A stretch of DNA of 54,488 nucleotides from the NCBI GenBank assembly GCA_938002705.1, contig CALLAG010000197.1, positions 1 to 54,488 on the forward strand. Reading direction: 5' to 3'. Made by a program: the position numbers and the translations under genes. Origin of the DNA: an uncultured Saprospiraceae bacterium. GTDB taxonomy: Bacteria; Bacteroidota; Bacteroidia; Chitinophagales; Saprospiraceae. Positions 8,464-17,530 of this stretch are shown in pieces. The notes beneath the pieces are model-generated. The model did not search any database, had not been told where the DNA came from, and was given only the letters and a program-made list of their open reading frames with translations. Within the stretch, counting starts at the first letter, position 1; each line of letters begins with the position of its first letter.

Positions 8464-9585
8464 GTGTTACCTAATGTGTCCTACCCTCAGTATGACCCAT
8501 CAGATACTTTAAGGTTAGTAGAAGCTGCTCGGGCTATGATAGATTCCTCTGGTCCATTCAGTGCATGGGGACATAGGATCGCTGATAAGCTAGAGTACGG
8601 TTCCAGAATGTTATCTGCGATGGGTACTCCGGCTTTCTATACTAATTCTGCTAAGTTGTATGGAACTCCTAAAGATCTATTGCCTGATGGCGAGACGAAT
8701 TCTCTTGACTTGGCACTGTTCTTTGAGGAGATGTATCAGAACATTGATAAGCTTGATATCGATGCTAATTTTCCTGAGATATATACATCTCAGCATATGG
8801 CTGATAGATTACTTGTAGAGGTAGATAAAATGTTTGGTGATGATGCTCCGGCGATCGTCATAGATGATGATGTGTCATCTAAGGTTATAGCTGGACGGAG
8901 GAGGATACGCATACGATCTACAGCGATGTTTGATGACAACGATATAGATCAGTTAGTCCATCATGAGGCTTTTATCCATGTAGCGACTTCTATTAATGGA
9001 CATCGGCAGAAGAAGATAAAGATACTGCGAGCGAGCCACCCTGGTACGACCAAGACGCAGGAAGGCTTGGCGGTTTTTGCAGAGTTTATAACGGGACATA
9101 TTGATCTTGAGCGTATAAGGCGATTGTCAGATAGGGTTGTCGCTATACAGATGGCTGTAGACGGTGCAGATTTTATAGAAGTCTATCGATACTATCTTAA
9201 GAGAATAGGGCATAAGGATAATGCTTACGAGAGTGCACGACGGGTATTCCGTGGGGGTGTGATTACTGGTGGTGCACCATTCACTAAAGATATGGTCTAC
9301 TTAGATGGTTTATTGCGAGTACATAATTTCCTGAGGGTCGTCGTGTCATCAGGTAAGGCTAAGTTACTGCCATTATTATTCGCTGGTAAGATGGACCTTA
9401 AGGATATCGATGTTATGATCAAGTTAGAAGAAAGAGGACTTATAGATCCACCTAAGTATATGCCGCCTTGGATGACAGATATTAGATTTTTGCTTACATA
9501 CTTAGCGTACTCTTCATTCCTTAATAGTGTCAAACTGACTAAGCTTAAAGACTACTATGCTGAGCTTATAGGTGTCCACAGATAA
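8464..9585 (+). CDS. DUF1704 / QEGLA-motif protein (MATCAP-type metallocarboxypeptidase family); true start probably upstream of 8464
   Basis: Carries the family-defining TKTQEGLAVFAEF (QEGLA) motif and an HExxxH-type site (HHEAFIHV). The reading frame stays open for 58 more codons upstream (8290..8463) with family-like sequence, but contains no ATG/GTG/TTG. See findings. Confidence 0.75.
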   Translation: MLPNVSYPQYDPSDTLRLVEAARAMIDSSGPFSAWGHRIADKLEYGSRMLSAMGTPAFYTNSAKLYGTPKDLLPDGETNSLDLALFFEEMYQNIDKLDIDANFPEIYTSQHMADRLLVEVDKMFGDDAPAIVIDDDVSSKVIAGRRRIRIRSTAMFDDNDIDQLVHHEAFIHVATSINGHRQKKIKILRASHPGTTKTQEGLAVFAEFITGHIDLERIRRLSDRVVAIQMAVDGADFIEVYRYYLKRIGHKDNAYESARRVFRGGVITGGAPFTKDMVYLDGLLRVHNFLRVVVSSGKAKLLPLLFAGKMDLKDIDVMIKLEERGLIDPPKYMPPWMTDIRFLLTYLAYSSFLNSVKLTKLKDYYAELIGVHR

Positions 9586-9586
9586 T

Positions 9587-10288
9587 TTAATCATAATAAT
9601 CTTCTATCGCTACGACAGGCTTATAGTAGGTCTTATCTAAGACGAGCACAAGGATCAATAGCAAGATGTCAAACGCTAAACTTACATAGATACCAAAATT
9701 ACTTATTGTACCTATCAGCGAGCCACTGTCTGCATCAGCGGCATATATGATGATCTGGAATATATTATTAGCCATACTTAAGGCGATGGTGGTGAGTACG
9801 ACTTGGATGGTGTATTTCTTAAAGCCTAATAGCATGATACCTCCAATAATAAATAATACCGCGATAAACATGCCTATGTAAGCAAAGCGAGTTTTCCAAG
9901 TCTTTCTGTAATCTGAAATGAAAACGGTATTCTGCATAGTCGCTTCAAAATCGACATTACTATTCTCATCAAGTAGAATTGTATCTGAAAGGAGGTCGAG
10001 TATTTTTTTATCCTCTTCAGATAAGTCTTCTACTTTTTTGGTGTTTTTAGAACTTAGAGTATCAAGTAATTCCGCGTCAGGGATACCATCCAGATCATTC
10101 ACATCGTCGATATCCATATCAGAAACAGTATCATCATTGTCATAATTATTATTGACTTCGACGACTGATTCATTCATTAATTCTGTTATCTCAGGCAACA
10201 TGAGATCTCCTGCTCTATTGAGAGCACCACATCCACCGAATAATAACATGAGTATTCCTACCGCAATAGCCCAACCTGGTCTTTTCAT
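9587..10288 (-). CDS. Hypothetical membrane protein with an acidic linker
   Basis: 233-aa ORF. It has an N-terminal hydrophobic segment, a D/E-rich central region and 3 C-terminal hydrophobic helices. No family recognised. Confidence 0.55.
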   Translation of the reverse strand: MKRPGWAIAVGILMLLFGGCGALNRAGDLMLPEITELMNESVVEVNNNYDNDDTVSDMDIDDVNDLDGIPDAELLDTLSSKNTKKVEDLSEEDKKILDLLSDTILLDENSNVDFEATMQNTVFISDYRKTWKTRFAYIGMFIAVLFIIGGIMLLGFKKYTIQVVLTTIALSMANNIFQIIIYAADADSGSLIGTISNFGIYVSLAFDILLLILVLVLDKTYYKPVVAIEDYYD

Positions 10289-10554
10289 ATGTGTCAGATT
10301 TATAACGAAATATAGCTATTAAATGGGGCTAAGCTGGAAAAAATCGACCAAGAAGCGTGATTTTTTTACGATTTAGAAATCCAAATGTAAAGTAATATCG
10401 TATATCAAAATATTCTAAGTCATAGATTCACTTATTAAAATTAGAGACGAATAGCTTAGGAGTAACGTTTTATTAAAATAAAACACTTTATAGATGCAAC
10501 CATTTAGCACCTAATGACATATAATAAATAGAAACAAACTACAAAGCGATCAAA

Positions 10555-10812
10555 ATGGAAACGATAGATATGAATGAGAGGAGGCCAATAACGATAAATC
10601 CGAACCTGAAAAAAGGTGAACTAAAAGTACTTAATAGATCTAATACTAATAAATACAGCTGGTTCTTAACAGATACAGATGGCAATATATACCGTAGTGG
10701 CTGCGAAAAGACAAAAGAAGTAACGATAGATATTAATGATATAGAAGAGGGAGTATATAGATTCAGAGCTCAGGGTGAAGTATTTGAATTTAATGTAGGA
10801 ATCGCCTCATAG
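10555..10812 (+). CDS. Small stand-alone protein resembling a T9SS type-A C-terminal sorting domain
   Basis: 85-aa ORF. The pattern ITINPN..GELKV...TDTDGNIY...VTIDINDIEEGVYRF parallels the Por_Secre_tail consensus (PNP...l.i...D..G..v...idis.L..GvY). There is no signal peptide and no passenger domain. It is followed by its own terminator hairpin. Confidence 0.45.
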   Translation: METIDMNERRPITINPNLKKGELKVLNRSNTNKYSWFLTDTDGNIYRSGCEKTKEVTIDINDIEEGVYRFRAQGEVFEFNVGIAS

Positions 10813-10850
10813 AGAAAAAATATAGTTAGTTAGAAGTTGATTTTATACAA

Positions 10851-10887
10851 AAGCTTGTTGAGATGTGTGCTCAGCAAGCTTTTTTCT
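10851..10887 (+). terminator. Rho-independent terminator after the 85-aa ORF
   Basis: AAGCTTGTTGAG / CTCAGCAAGCTT 12-bp stem with one G-U pair and a 7-nt loop, followed by TTTTT. Confidence 0.6.
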
Positions 10888-10919
10888 TTTTAATCATGAT
10901 TATTATAACTTGTGGATCT

Positions 10920-11657
10920 ATGAAAAATTATATAGATGTTCTAAGAGATATGGTATTTATATCATTGTTATTATTTACTATTTCTTGTAAGCAAGATAGC
11001 TCCATTACGACGTTCCAGATGACTACAGATAAAATAAGAGTCGATGGTAAAATGGATGAATCAGCCTGGCAGAATGCAGAATGGAGGCCCATAGATCAAG
11101 CATGGTTAGGTGCAGGGTATAGTGCAGAGGATTTTTCTGGAAGATACAAGGTCCTATGGGATAAAGATAGATTGTATGTCATAGCAGAGATAATAGATGA
11201 TACATTAGTAGATATCCATGCTGATGGCTTAGACAGATACTGGGATGATGACTGCCTTGAGGTATTTATTGATGTAGATGCGTCAGGAGGTGACCATCAG
11301 TATAATTATAATGCATTTGCATATCACATTGCGCTAGACGGTAAGGTTGTAGATATGGATGTAGACAGTCTCCCTCACTATTACAGTCATGTCACTAATG
11401 CAAGGACACAGAATGGTAATATGACAACATGGGAGCTCGCTATACAACCCCACGATGATACTTTCGTAAGAAATAAACCTTATGATAAAGTCGAGTTGTC
11501 CCCTGGAAGAAATATAGGATTTGCGATAGCTTATTGTGATAATGATCATAGTAAGGAGAGAGAGCATTTCGTAGGATCTATAGCTGTAGAAGGGGAGGAT
11601 AAGAATCGAGGATGGATTGATGCTGGGATATTCGAAAAGGTTAAACTTGTCAAATAG
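10920..11657 (+). CDS. CBM9-like (carbohydrate-binding family 9 / DOMON-like) lipoprotein
   Basis: Start moved to ATG 10920, because the track start at 10863 lies inside the upstream terminator. Lipoprotein-like N-terminus (...LLLFTISCKQ). Contains DGKMDESAWQNAEW...RYKVLWDKDRLYVIAEIIDD, typical of CBM9_1-type domains. Confidence 0.6.
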   Translation: MKNYIDVLRDMVFISLLLFTISCKQDSSITTFQMTTDKIRVDGKMDESAWQNAEWRPIDQAWLGAGYSAEDFSGRYKVLWDKDRLYVIAEIIDDTLVDIHADGLDRYWDDDCLEVFIDVDASGGDHQYNYNAFAYHIALDGKVVDMDVDSLPHYYSHVTNARTQNGNMTTWELAIQPHDDTFVRNKPYDKVELSPGRNIGFAIAYCDNDHSKEREHFVGSIAVEGEDKNRGWIDAGIFEKVKLVK

Positions 11658-11669
11658 ATATTCTTCATA

Positions 11670-12398
11670 ATGAGAATAATCAGCACTGTACCTTCCATCA
11701 CAGAATTGCTATATGATCTCAGCTTAGAAGATGAAGTCGTAGGCATAACTAAGTATTGCGTACATCCAGAAAAGTGGTATCGATCAAAAGAAAGAATAGG
11801 TGGTACGAAGACACTCAACCTAGATAAGATTATATCTATCAAGCCTGACCTCATAATCTGCAATAAAGAAGAGAATGTAAAAGAACAGATAGAGAAGCTG
11901 TCTATTAATCACAGTGTGCACATTACTGATATAAAAACAATAGCGGATAATATAGAACTCATATCTTCTATAGCTGAGCTGACAGATAGAGTCTCTCATG
12001 GCATAAAGCTTACAGATCAATATAAAAATTCTGTAAGTAAGATCATGCAATCTGTCAACAGAAAATCTGCCGTCTACCTCATATGGAAAGAGCCATTAAT
12101 GTCAGTCGGTGATGACACATATATACATAGCGTAATGGACTTATGCGGGATAGAGAATAAAATGAGAGGTCAGCAGAGATATCCCACCATAGATATGGAT
12201 ATGCTAAAATCGATGAGTCCTGACCTCCTATTACTCAGTTCAGAACCTTATCCATTTAAGGAAAAACACATTCAATATTTTCAATCACATCTACCCGATA
12301 CTAAAGTTATTCTGGTAGACGGAGAGGTATTCTCATGGTACGGCACAAGACTCATTAAGAGGACTAAGTACTTAGTAGAATTAATGGAGTCATTATAG
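11670..12398 (+). CDS. Periplasmic-binding-protein family (BtuF/TroA-like, cobalamin/siderophore-type) protein
   Basis: 242 aa. The N-terminus RIISTVPSITELLYDLSLEDEVVGITKYC and KPDLII are typical of helical-backbone class III substrate-binding proteins. Confidence 0.6.
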   Translation: MRIISTVPSITELLYDLSLEDEVVGITKYCVHPEKWYRSKERIGGTKTLNLDKIISIKPDLIICNKEENVKEQIEKLSINHSVHITDIKTIADNIELISSIAELTDRVSHGIKLTDQYKNSVSKIMQSVNRKSAVYLIWKEPLMSVGDDTYIHSVMDLCGIENKMRGQQRYPTIDMDMLKSMSPDLLLLSSEPYPFKEKHIQYFQSHLPDTKVILVDGEVFSWYGTRLIKRTKYLVELMESL

Positions 12399-12405
12399 TA
12401 AATAT

Positions 12406-12485
12406 CCTTACACCTTTACACCCTTGCTCCCTTGCTCCCTTACACCCTTACACCCTTACACCTTTACTCCTTTACCCCCTTAAAC
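12406..12485. repeat. Tandem octamer microsatellite, consensus CCTTACAC, 10 copies
   Basis: Read directly in 8-nt register: CCTTACAC, CTTTACAC, CCTTGCTC x2, CCTTACAC x3, CTTTACTC, CTTTACCC, CCTTAAAC. It fills the 94-nt gap between convergent stop codons at 12398 and 12493. Confidence 0.85.
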
Positions 12486-12492
12486 CCCCTTC

Positions 12493-13905
12493 CTATTTCA
12501 CCTTAAATTCCTGCCCTAACTCTGGGATAATAATTTTACCAAATCCGGCCTCTTTCAGATATTTCTTAAACTTCGTCTGTGGCTTGATTTCACCATGTAC
12601 GAGGAATAATTTTTTCAGTTTCTTTTTCTGATTAGAGAGAAAATCTTTCATCTCTGATCTATCGGCATGAGCTGAGAAAGAATCCATCGTCTGGATCGTT
12701 GCTTTGACAGCTTTTATATCACCGAAAAGTTTGATTTCCTCTACGCCAGTCTTGAGGATGCCACCTGGAGTATCTGGTGAGCAGTATCCTACTATAAGTA
12801 TGGTATTAGCTGGATTATCGATGTTATTGTATAAGTGGTGCTTCACCCTTCCTGCATTCATCATACCTGAGGAACTGATGATGATACATGGTTTTTTTGA
12901 CTCATTGAGCATTTTAGATTCGTTGACATCACGGATATACTTGAGACTATTAAATCCAAATGGATCTGGATCAGTAAGCATGTAATCATTAAGGTTGTCA
13001 TCATAACATTCTGGATGTGTGCCGTATATAGCTGTAGCATTTACGGCAAGTGGGCTATCTACATATACTGGAATATCTGGTAGCAATCCTGCTGACTCTA
13101 ATCTGTCTAATGTATAGACGATCTCTTGTGTACGGCCTATGCTAAATGCAGGTATGATGAGCTTACCTTTTCTCTCTATGCAAGCTTCCTTGACGATCTC
13201 TAAGAATCTATCTGATTGTTGTGGTCCTGTCTCATGATCTCTATCTCCGTAGGTAGACTCACATATGAGGTAATCACAAGGCGGCATCTGTACAGGATCC
13301 CTGAGGATAGGTCTGTCAGGTCTTCCTATGTCGCCTGTAAATCCAAAATAGATCCACTTATTATTTTCCTTAATCTTAAGAGTGACGCTTGCGCTTCCTA
13401 AGATGTGTCCCTGGTCTCTGAATAGTACATGTACGCCCTTAGTGAGTCGGAACCACTTGTCGTATGGGTGCCCTTCGAACGATTCCATGGCAGGGGTGAC
13501 ATCTTCTACCTTATATAGTGGTACTCGGAATTGCTGGTTTTTCTTTTTCCTTTTTTTGCGTAATTTTTTGTTATGCCATTCTACATCTCTCTCTTGGATC
13601 TTGGCAGAATCTGCAAGCATTATAGCACATAGGCTTCTTGTGGCATGGGTACAATGTATGGGACCTGAGAACCCTTCTTTGACCAGTTGTGGGATACGGC
13701 CACTATGGTCTATATGTGCATGTGATAAGATGAGAGCATCTACAGTCTTAGGGTCAAAGTACCAAGTATTATTGATATCCCATATATGACGCCCTTTGCC
13801 TTGAGCCAGTCCACAATCCAGTAATATTCTATATCCGTTAGGTAATGTTAAGAGATGTGCACTTCCCGTTACCATTCCTGCTGCTCCTGCAAATTTTATA
13901 TCCAT
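12493..13905 (-). CDS. MBL-fold beta-CASP family metallo-hydrolase (RNA-metabolising nuclease type)
   Basis: 470 aa. Contains the HAHIDHSG metallo-beta-lactamase motif and beta-CASP-like middle and C-terminal regions (...SAHADRSEM...). Confidence 0.8.
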   Translation of the reverse strand: MDIKFAGAAGMVTGSAHLLTLPNGYRILLDCGLAQGKGRHIWDINNTWYFDPKTVDALILSHAHIDHSGRIPQLVKEGFSGPIHCTHATRSLCAIMLADSAKIQERDVEWHNKKLRKKRKKKNQQFRVPLYKVEDVTPAMESFEGHPYDKWFRLTKGVHVLFRDQGHILGSASVTLKIKENNKWIYFGFTGDIGRPDRPILRDPVQMPPCDYLICESTYGDRDHETGPQQSDRFLEIVKEACIERKGKLIIPAFSIGRTQEIVYTLDRLESAGLLPDIPVYVDSPLAVNATAIYGTHPECYDDNLNDYMLTDPDPFGFNSLKYIRDVNESKMLNESKKPCIIISSSGMMNAGRVKHHLYNNIDNPANTILIVGYCSPDTPGGILKTGVEEIKLFGDIKAVKATIQTMDSFSAHADRSEMKDFLSNQKKKLKKLFLVHGEIKPQTKFKKYLKEAGFGKIIIPELGQEFKVK

Positions 13906-14014
13906 GTCTTTGTATTAGTATTATTAACGCAATTTATACAATTTGAATTGAAACTGACTGATTTAAGATTTTACTCAAAAAAATAGTATAATTTAACGCC
14001 AACAAATCATAATA

Positions 14015-14926
14015 ATGAAGCAACTATTATTCTTCGTACTGACAGTTTTCCTATGTTTTTCTACTATTTGTAAGTCTCAAGTAGATCTGGGAGAACCTAA
14101 GAGCCAAGCTGTCATACTGGATTTAGAAGACGGAAGTGTTATATATGGTATCATATCTGATAAGACAGATTTTGATATTTCTGTACAGTCGGCATCGTTA
14201 GGTAATGTCACGGTTCCTATAACTTCTATCGCTAAGATCAGGTATATAGATGATGTGAGAAATATCATTTTTGATAAGAATGGCTATCCAGTGGATTTTC
14301 ATAATAGTACGCATTACTTTCTATTCCCGTCAGGATACTCGCTTAAGAAAGGGCAGAGTTACTATGAGAATATATGGATATTCGCTAATTCTTATTCTTA
14401 CGGTGTGACAGATAACTTCACGATTTCTGCTGGTGCTGAGACGTTCAGTATATTGTTTCTTAGTCAGGTACCACTATTATATGTTTCTCCCAAGTTAAGT
14501 GTCCCTTTAGGAAATCAAAAAGGAGCTTTAGGTCTCAGTAGTACATTTGTTGTTTTGCCAGGTGATGACTTTAATGGCGCTGGATTCTTAAGTGGGTCTT
14601 TGACACTTGGATCACGTAATAACAATGTCACATTTGGAGCAGGAGCAGGATTTGATTTTAATGGTGGAGTTAGGAATGAGATAATCCCACTTACCTTTTC
14701 ATTTATGAAGAGAATGACAAACAAGTTAAGTCTGATGTCTGAGAACTGGCTTATTGTTCAAGATGATTTCAGTAATTCATCAGGTGTTGCTTCTTTAGGA
14801 CTTCGTATTCACTTCAAAGAATTGGGTAATGCCATTAATGTAGGATTAGTCAGGCCTCTATCAGGTGATGACTTGGGACTACTGGCTATACCATTTGTAT
14901 CTGCGACAGTAGCGCTTAGCAAATAA
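14015..14926 (+). CDS. Hypothetical secreted / outer-membrane protein
   Basis: 303 aa with signal peptide MKQLLFFVLTVFLCFSTICKSQ. The Gly/Ser/aromatic-rich alternating pattern is compatible with a beta-barrel. No family recognised. Confidence 0.5.
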   Translation: MKQLLFFVLTVFLCFSTICKSQVDLGEPKSQAVILDLEDGSVIYGIISDKTDFDISVQSASLGNVTVPITSIAKIRYIDDVRNIIFDKNGYPVDFHNSTHYFLFPSGYSLKKGQSYYENIWIFANSYSYGVTDNFTISAGAETFSILFLSQVPLLYVSPKLSVPLGNQKGALGLSSTFVVLPGDDFNGAGFLSGSLTLGSRNNNVTFGAGAGFDFNGGVRNEIIPLTFSFMKRMTNKLSLMSENWLIVQDDFSNSSGVASLGLRIHFKELGNAINVGLVRPLSGDDLGLLAIPFVSATVALSK

Positions 14927-14953
14927 TTTCTATTTTGTTAGAATGCTTTTAGT

Positions 14954-16465
14954 CTAAGCCAGATTCTTCCAGTCTGCGCCTATTTGATAATCTACTAAGA
15001 TCTCAGGGGTCAATATACATTTCATCTTAGTGATTAATCCTTTGATACGCTTCGCTAAGAATAGATTAGCTTGTAATATCAGATCTTGATTGAATCCACT
15101 CTTAGCGAGATCAGCAATCAAGTATAGACTGAATATAGATGCATATATCTCTCCGAATGTGTGCATTTTTCGCTGGTCACCTTTGTTAGGTATTTTTACT
15201 GCTCCTAATAGCGTGAGGCATGGCTGATATGCAAATTCAGGATATTCATCTGAGATGAATTTTTCGAAATCGTCAGTCTTACTCTTAGTCATTTTCTTAT
15301 AGATCGCTTCTCCTATCTGTATATATAGAATGTCGTTAGATCCTTCGAATATCTGGAATGGTCTACTATCCATAATGGCTCTTCCAGCTATGTCATCTTT
15401 GATATAGCCATTACCACCCTTAAGTTGGACGAGTGATTGTGCTGATTCTTGCATTAAGTCTGTAAGCAAAGTCTTGACACAATTAGCCTCTAAGCTCATC
15501 ATAGCAAGATCATTTTCTAATTGTGTAGTCTTACTCGCGAAATAACACATTGCATTATTAATAGTGTAAGTTGCCTGCATTCCAGCAAGTCTTTCTTTCA
15601 CTTTGTCATATTCTATAAGGGCTTTATTACTGACGACTCTTTCTTGGCAGTGAGACAGTGCCTCATCTAATAATCTCTGGTTATAACCCATACCCATACC
15701 TGAGAACTGTATACGTGATCTGTGTAGGCAGTTAAGTAACATCTTGACACCAGTAGACGGCTTGTCAAATTTCTGATGCGGAGGTAGTTTTATATCTAAG
15801 TGATTACGACCATAGGTGATAATCTCAAGACCGCCAGTATTGTAGAATTCTGGTGTTTGGATGACTTGATCTTGCTTAGAGCTATCACTCACAAAGAAGT
15901 CGATATCTCTACCGAGTCCACCGTCAGCTTTTTTCTCACGACATGTGAGAACCCAGTAGTCTGCTATACCTGTAAGGCCACCCCAGTGTTTCTCACCTTG
16001 TATATGAAAGTGATCATCATATGGAGTAGACTGTGTCTTCATATTGAGAGCATCACTACCATAACCCGGCTCTGTGATCATTAGACCACCTACTTTCTGC
16101 TCTGTACATACTTTAGGTAATATCTCAGCTTTAGCTTCTGCCGTGCCATACTTCTCTAATGGTTGTATGAATAATGCCCAGTTGATACCATAGACAAGTG
16201 TGAGTTGTAACGAGTGATACGAAGCTAATTGCAGTAGAGATAAACTCTCTTTAATATCACCTCCGAAACCTCCTTGCTCTTTGGATACGAATATTCTGAA
16301 GGGATCCTCTGTCAATGTAGATTGTATATAAGCTTTCTTTCTCTCAGGAGCATCTACAGGATAGTCCTTGATATTAAAGTCCTTAGCAAGCTCTATTAGC
16401 TTTTTCTCTGTGGCCTTTAAGCAATCCTGTGTATTTGTGGTCCTTGTCTTCGTATCCTGAGTCAT
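14954..16465 (-). CDS. Acyl-CoA dehydrogenase family protein
   Basis: 503 aa. ACAD-like segments: GLMITEPGYGSD, the QFSGMGMGY region, and RPFQIFEGSNDILY near the C-terminal domain. Confidence 0.8.
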   Translation of the reverse strand: MTQDTKTRTTNTQDCLKATEKKLIELAKDFNIKDYPVDAPERKKAYIQSTLTEDPFRIFVSKEQGGFGGDIKESLSLLQLASYHSLQLTLVYGINWALFIQPLEKYGTAEAKAEILPKVCTEQKVGGLMITEPGYGSDALNMKTQSTPYDDHFHIQGEKHWGGLTGIADYWVLTCREKKADGGLGRDIDFFVSDSSKQDQVIQTPEFYNTGGLEIITYGRNHLDIKLPPHQKFDKPSTGVKMLLNCLHRSRIQFSGMGMGYNQRLLDEALSHCQERVVSNKALIEYDKVKERLAGMQATYTINNAMCYFASKTTQLENDLAMMSLEANCVKTLLTDLMQESAQSLVQLKGGNGYIKDDIAGRAIMDSRPFQIFEGSNDILYIQIGEAIYKKMTKSKTDDFEKFISDEYPEFAYQPCLTLLGAVKIPNKGDQRKMHTFGEIYASIFSLYLIADLAKSGFNQDLILQANLFLAKRIKGLITKMKCILTPEILVDYQIGADWKNLA

Positions 16466-16767
16466 TGAATTTCTGTTACTTATTATATATAATTTACCTC
16501 TATCGGAACTGATATTGAATGCTGTAATATCGTATTTGTTTACTAATTATCTGATTATTACGCTCAATTATTCTTACTATTCAATGATTATTAGGTCTTA
16601 GGCTTGATTTATTTAGTACCTATAGCCGATGTTTGCGCAGTTGATGCATGATAATGGACGTATTAATACTGATTGTAATAGTCAATATTATTCGATCATA
16701 TCTCAGTCTATTAGATACAGTATAGGGGCAAGTGGCAATATTCTACTTAGGACTTTATAGAGTAATC

Positions 16768-17163
16768 TCAATATGGCTTGTTATAATCAGCAAAAAATGG
16801 TAGATCAAGAACCTCATGAGCTCTCTCCCTATCATTGCTGTACCAATGTGATATGCCTAAGTAATAGAGTGATAGAGTATCACTGTCCGTTTCCCATAGA
16901 TTAGTGAGTAGAGGTTTTGCAGCTCTAAAATCCCTAAGAGCATAGCTGCCGTAGGCTTTTTGCTGAGAAGGTGTCAGCAATTCATTGGTTACAGAATTCC
17001 TTGTAGCCTCATGTAGAATGTATTTTTCAAGTTCGACCAGCTCCACAGATTTTTGACTTCTTTTCTTCATAACCTTACCTACCATCATGCCTATCAGAAA
17101 GAGCATAATACCTGCGACAACTATTCTTATAAATGGAAATTTTTTGTTTTTCTTTTTGTCCAT
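16768..17163 (-). CDS. Hypothetical membrane-anchored protein
   Basis: 131 aa with a basic N-terminus and one TM helix (FIRIVVAGIMLFLIGMMVG). No family recognised. Confidence 0.45.
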   Translation of the reverse strand: MDKKKNKKFPFIRIVVAGIMLFLIGMMVGKVMKKRSQKSVELVELEKYILHEATRNSVTNELLTPSQQKAYGSYALRDFRAAKPLLTNLWETDSDTLSLYYLGISHWYSNDRERAHEVLDLPFFADYNKPY

Positions 17164-17530
17164 GGTCTGAACTTTGTGGTTTTTCTGAGCTAATTCTATG
17201 TACCAATTTTAATGTAATATCAATGTCAGTCTATAATGTCACATTGTCAATCATAAAGTTTTCAACGTGCATATAGTATTCATACTAAAATCAAATAGGA
17301 CAGTCTATATAATCATTGGTTATCCAATATAATACTTAATGGCGAATTGATGATAGTAAAGCGATAGAGCTAAGATAAAAGGAAGATTAATTATTCTCTA
17401 TAAAAAGTCGTCAGAACCACTGTAGAATCTAATTTTTCAAGCTAATTTAGTGTTCTTGAAAAGCAGTTTCGCTTTTCTATACTAATATGAATTCCTAAGT
17501 TTTTGAATGATATTCAATTACTATCTTGAT

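Noticed and set aside
11546-11863. 105-aa minus-strand ORF bridging the CBM9-like and binding-protein genes. The similar 48528..48884 and 48850..49131 ORFs bridge the DUF2945 and hpf genes.
   Set aside because: They overlap two well-supported plus-strand genes and their intergenic spacer, and have no motifs.
12406-12485. Octamer array as a CRISPR array or a coding repeat.
   Set aside because: The units are contiguous with no spacers and only 8 nt long, and the period is not a multiple of three.
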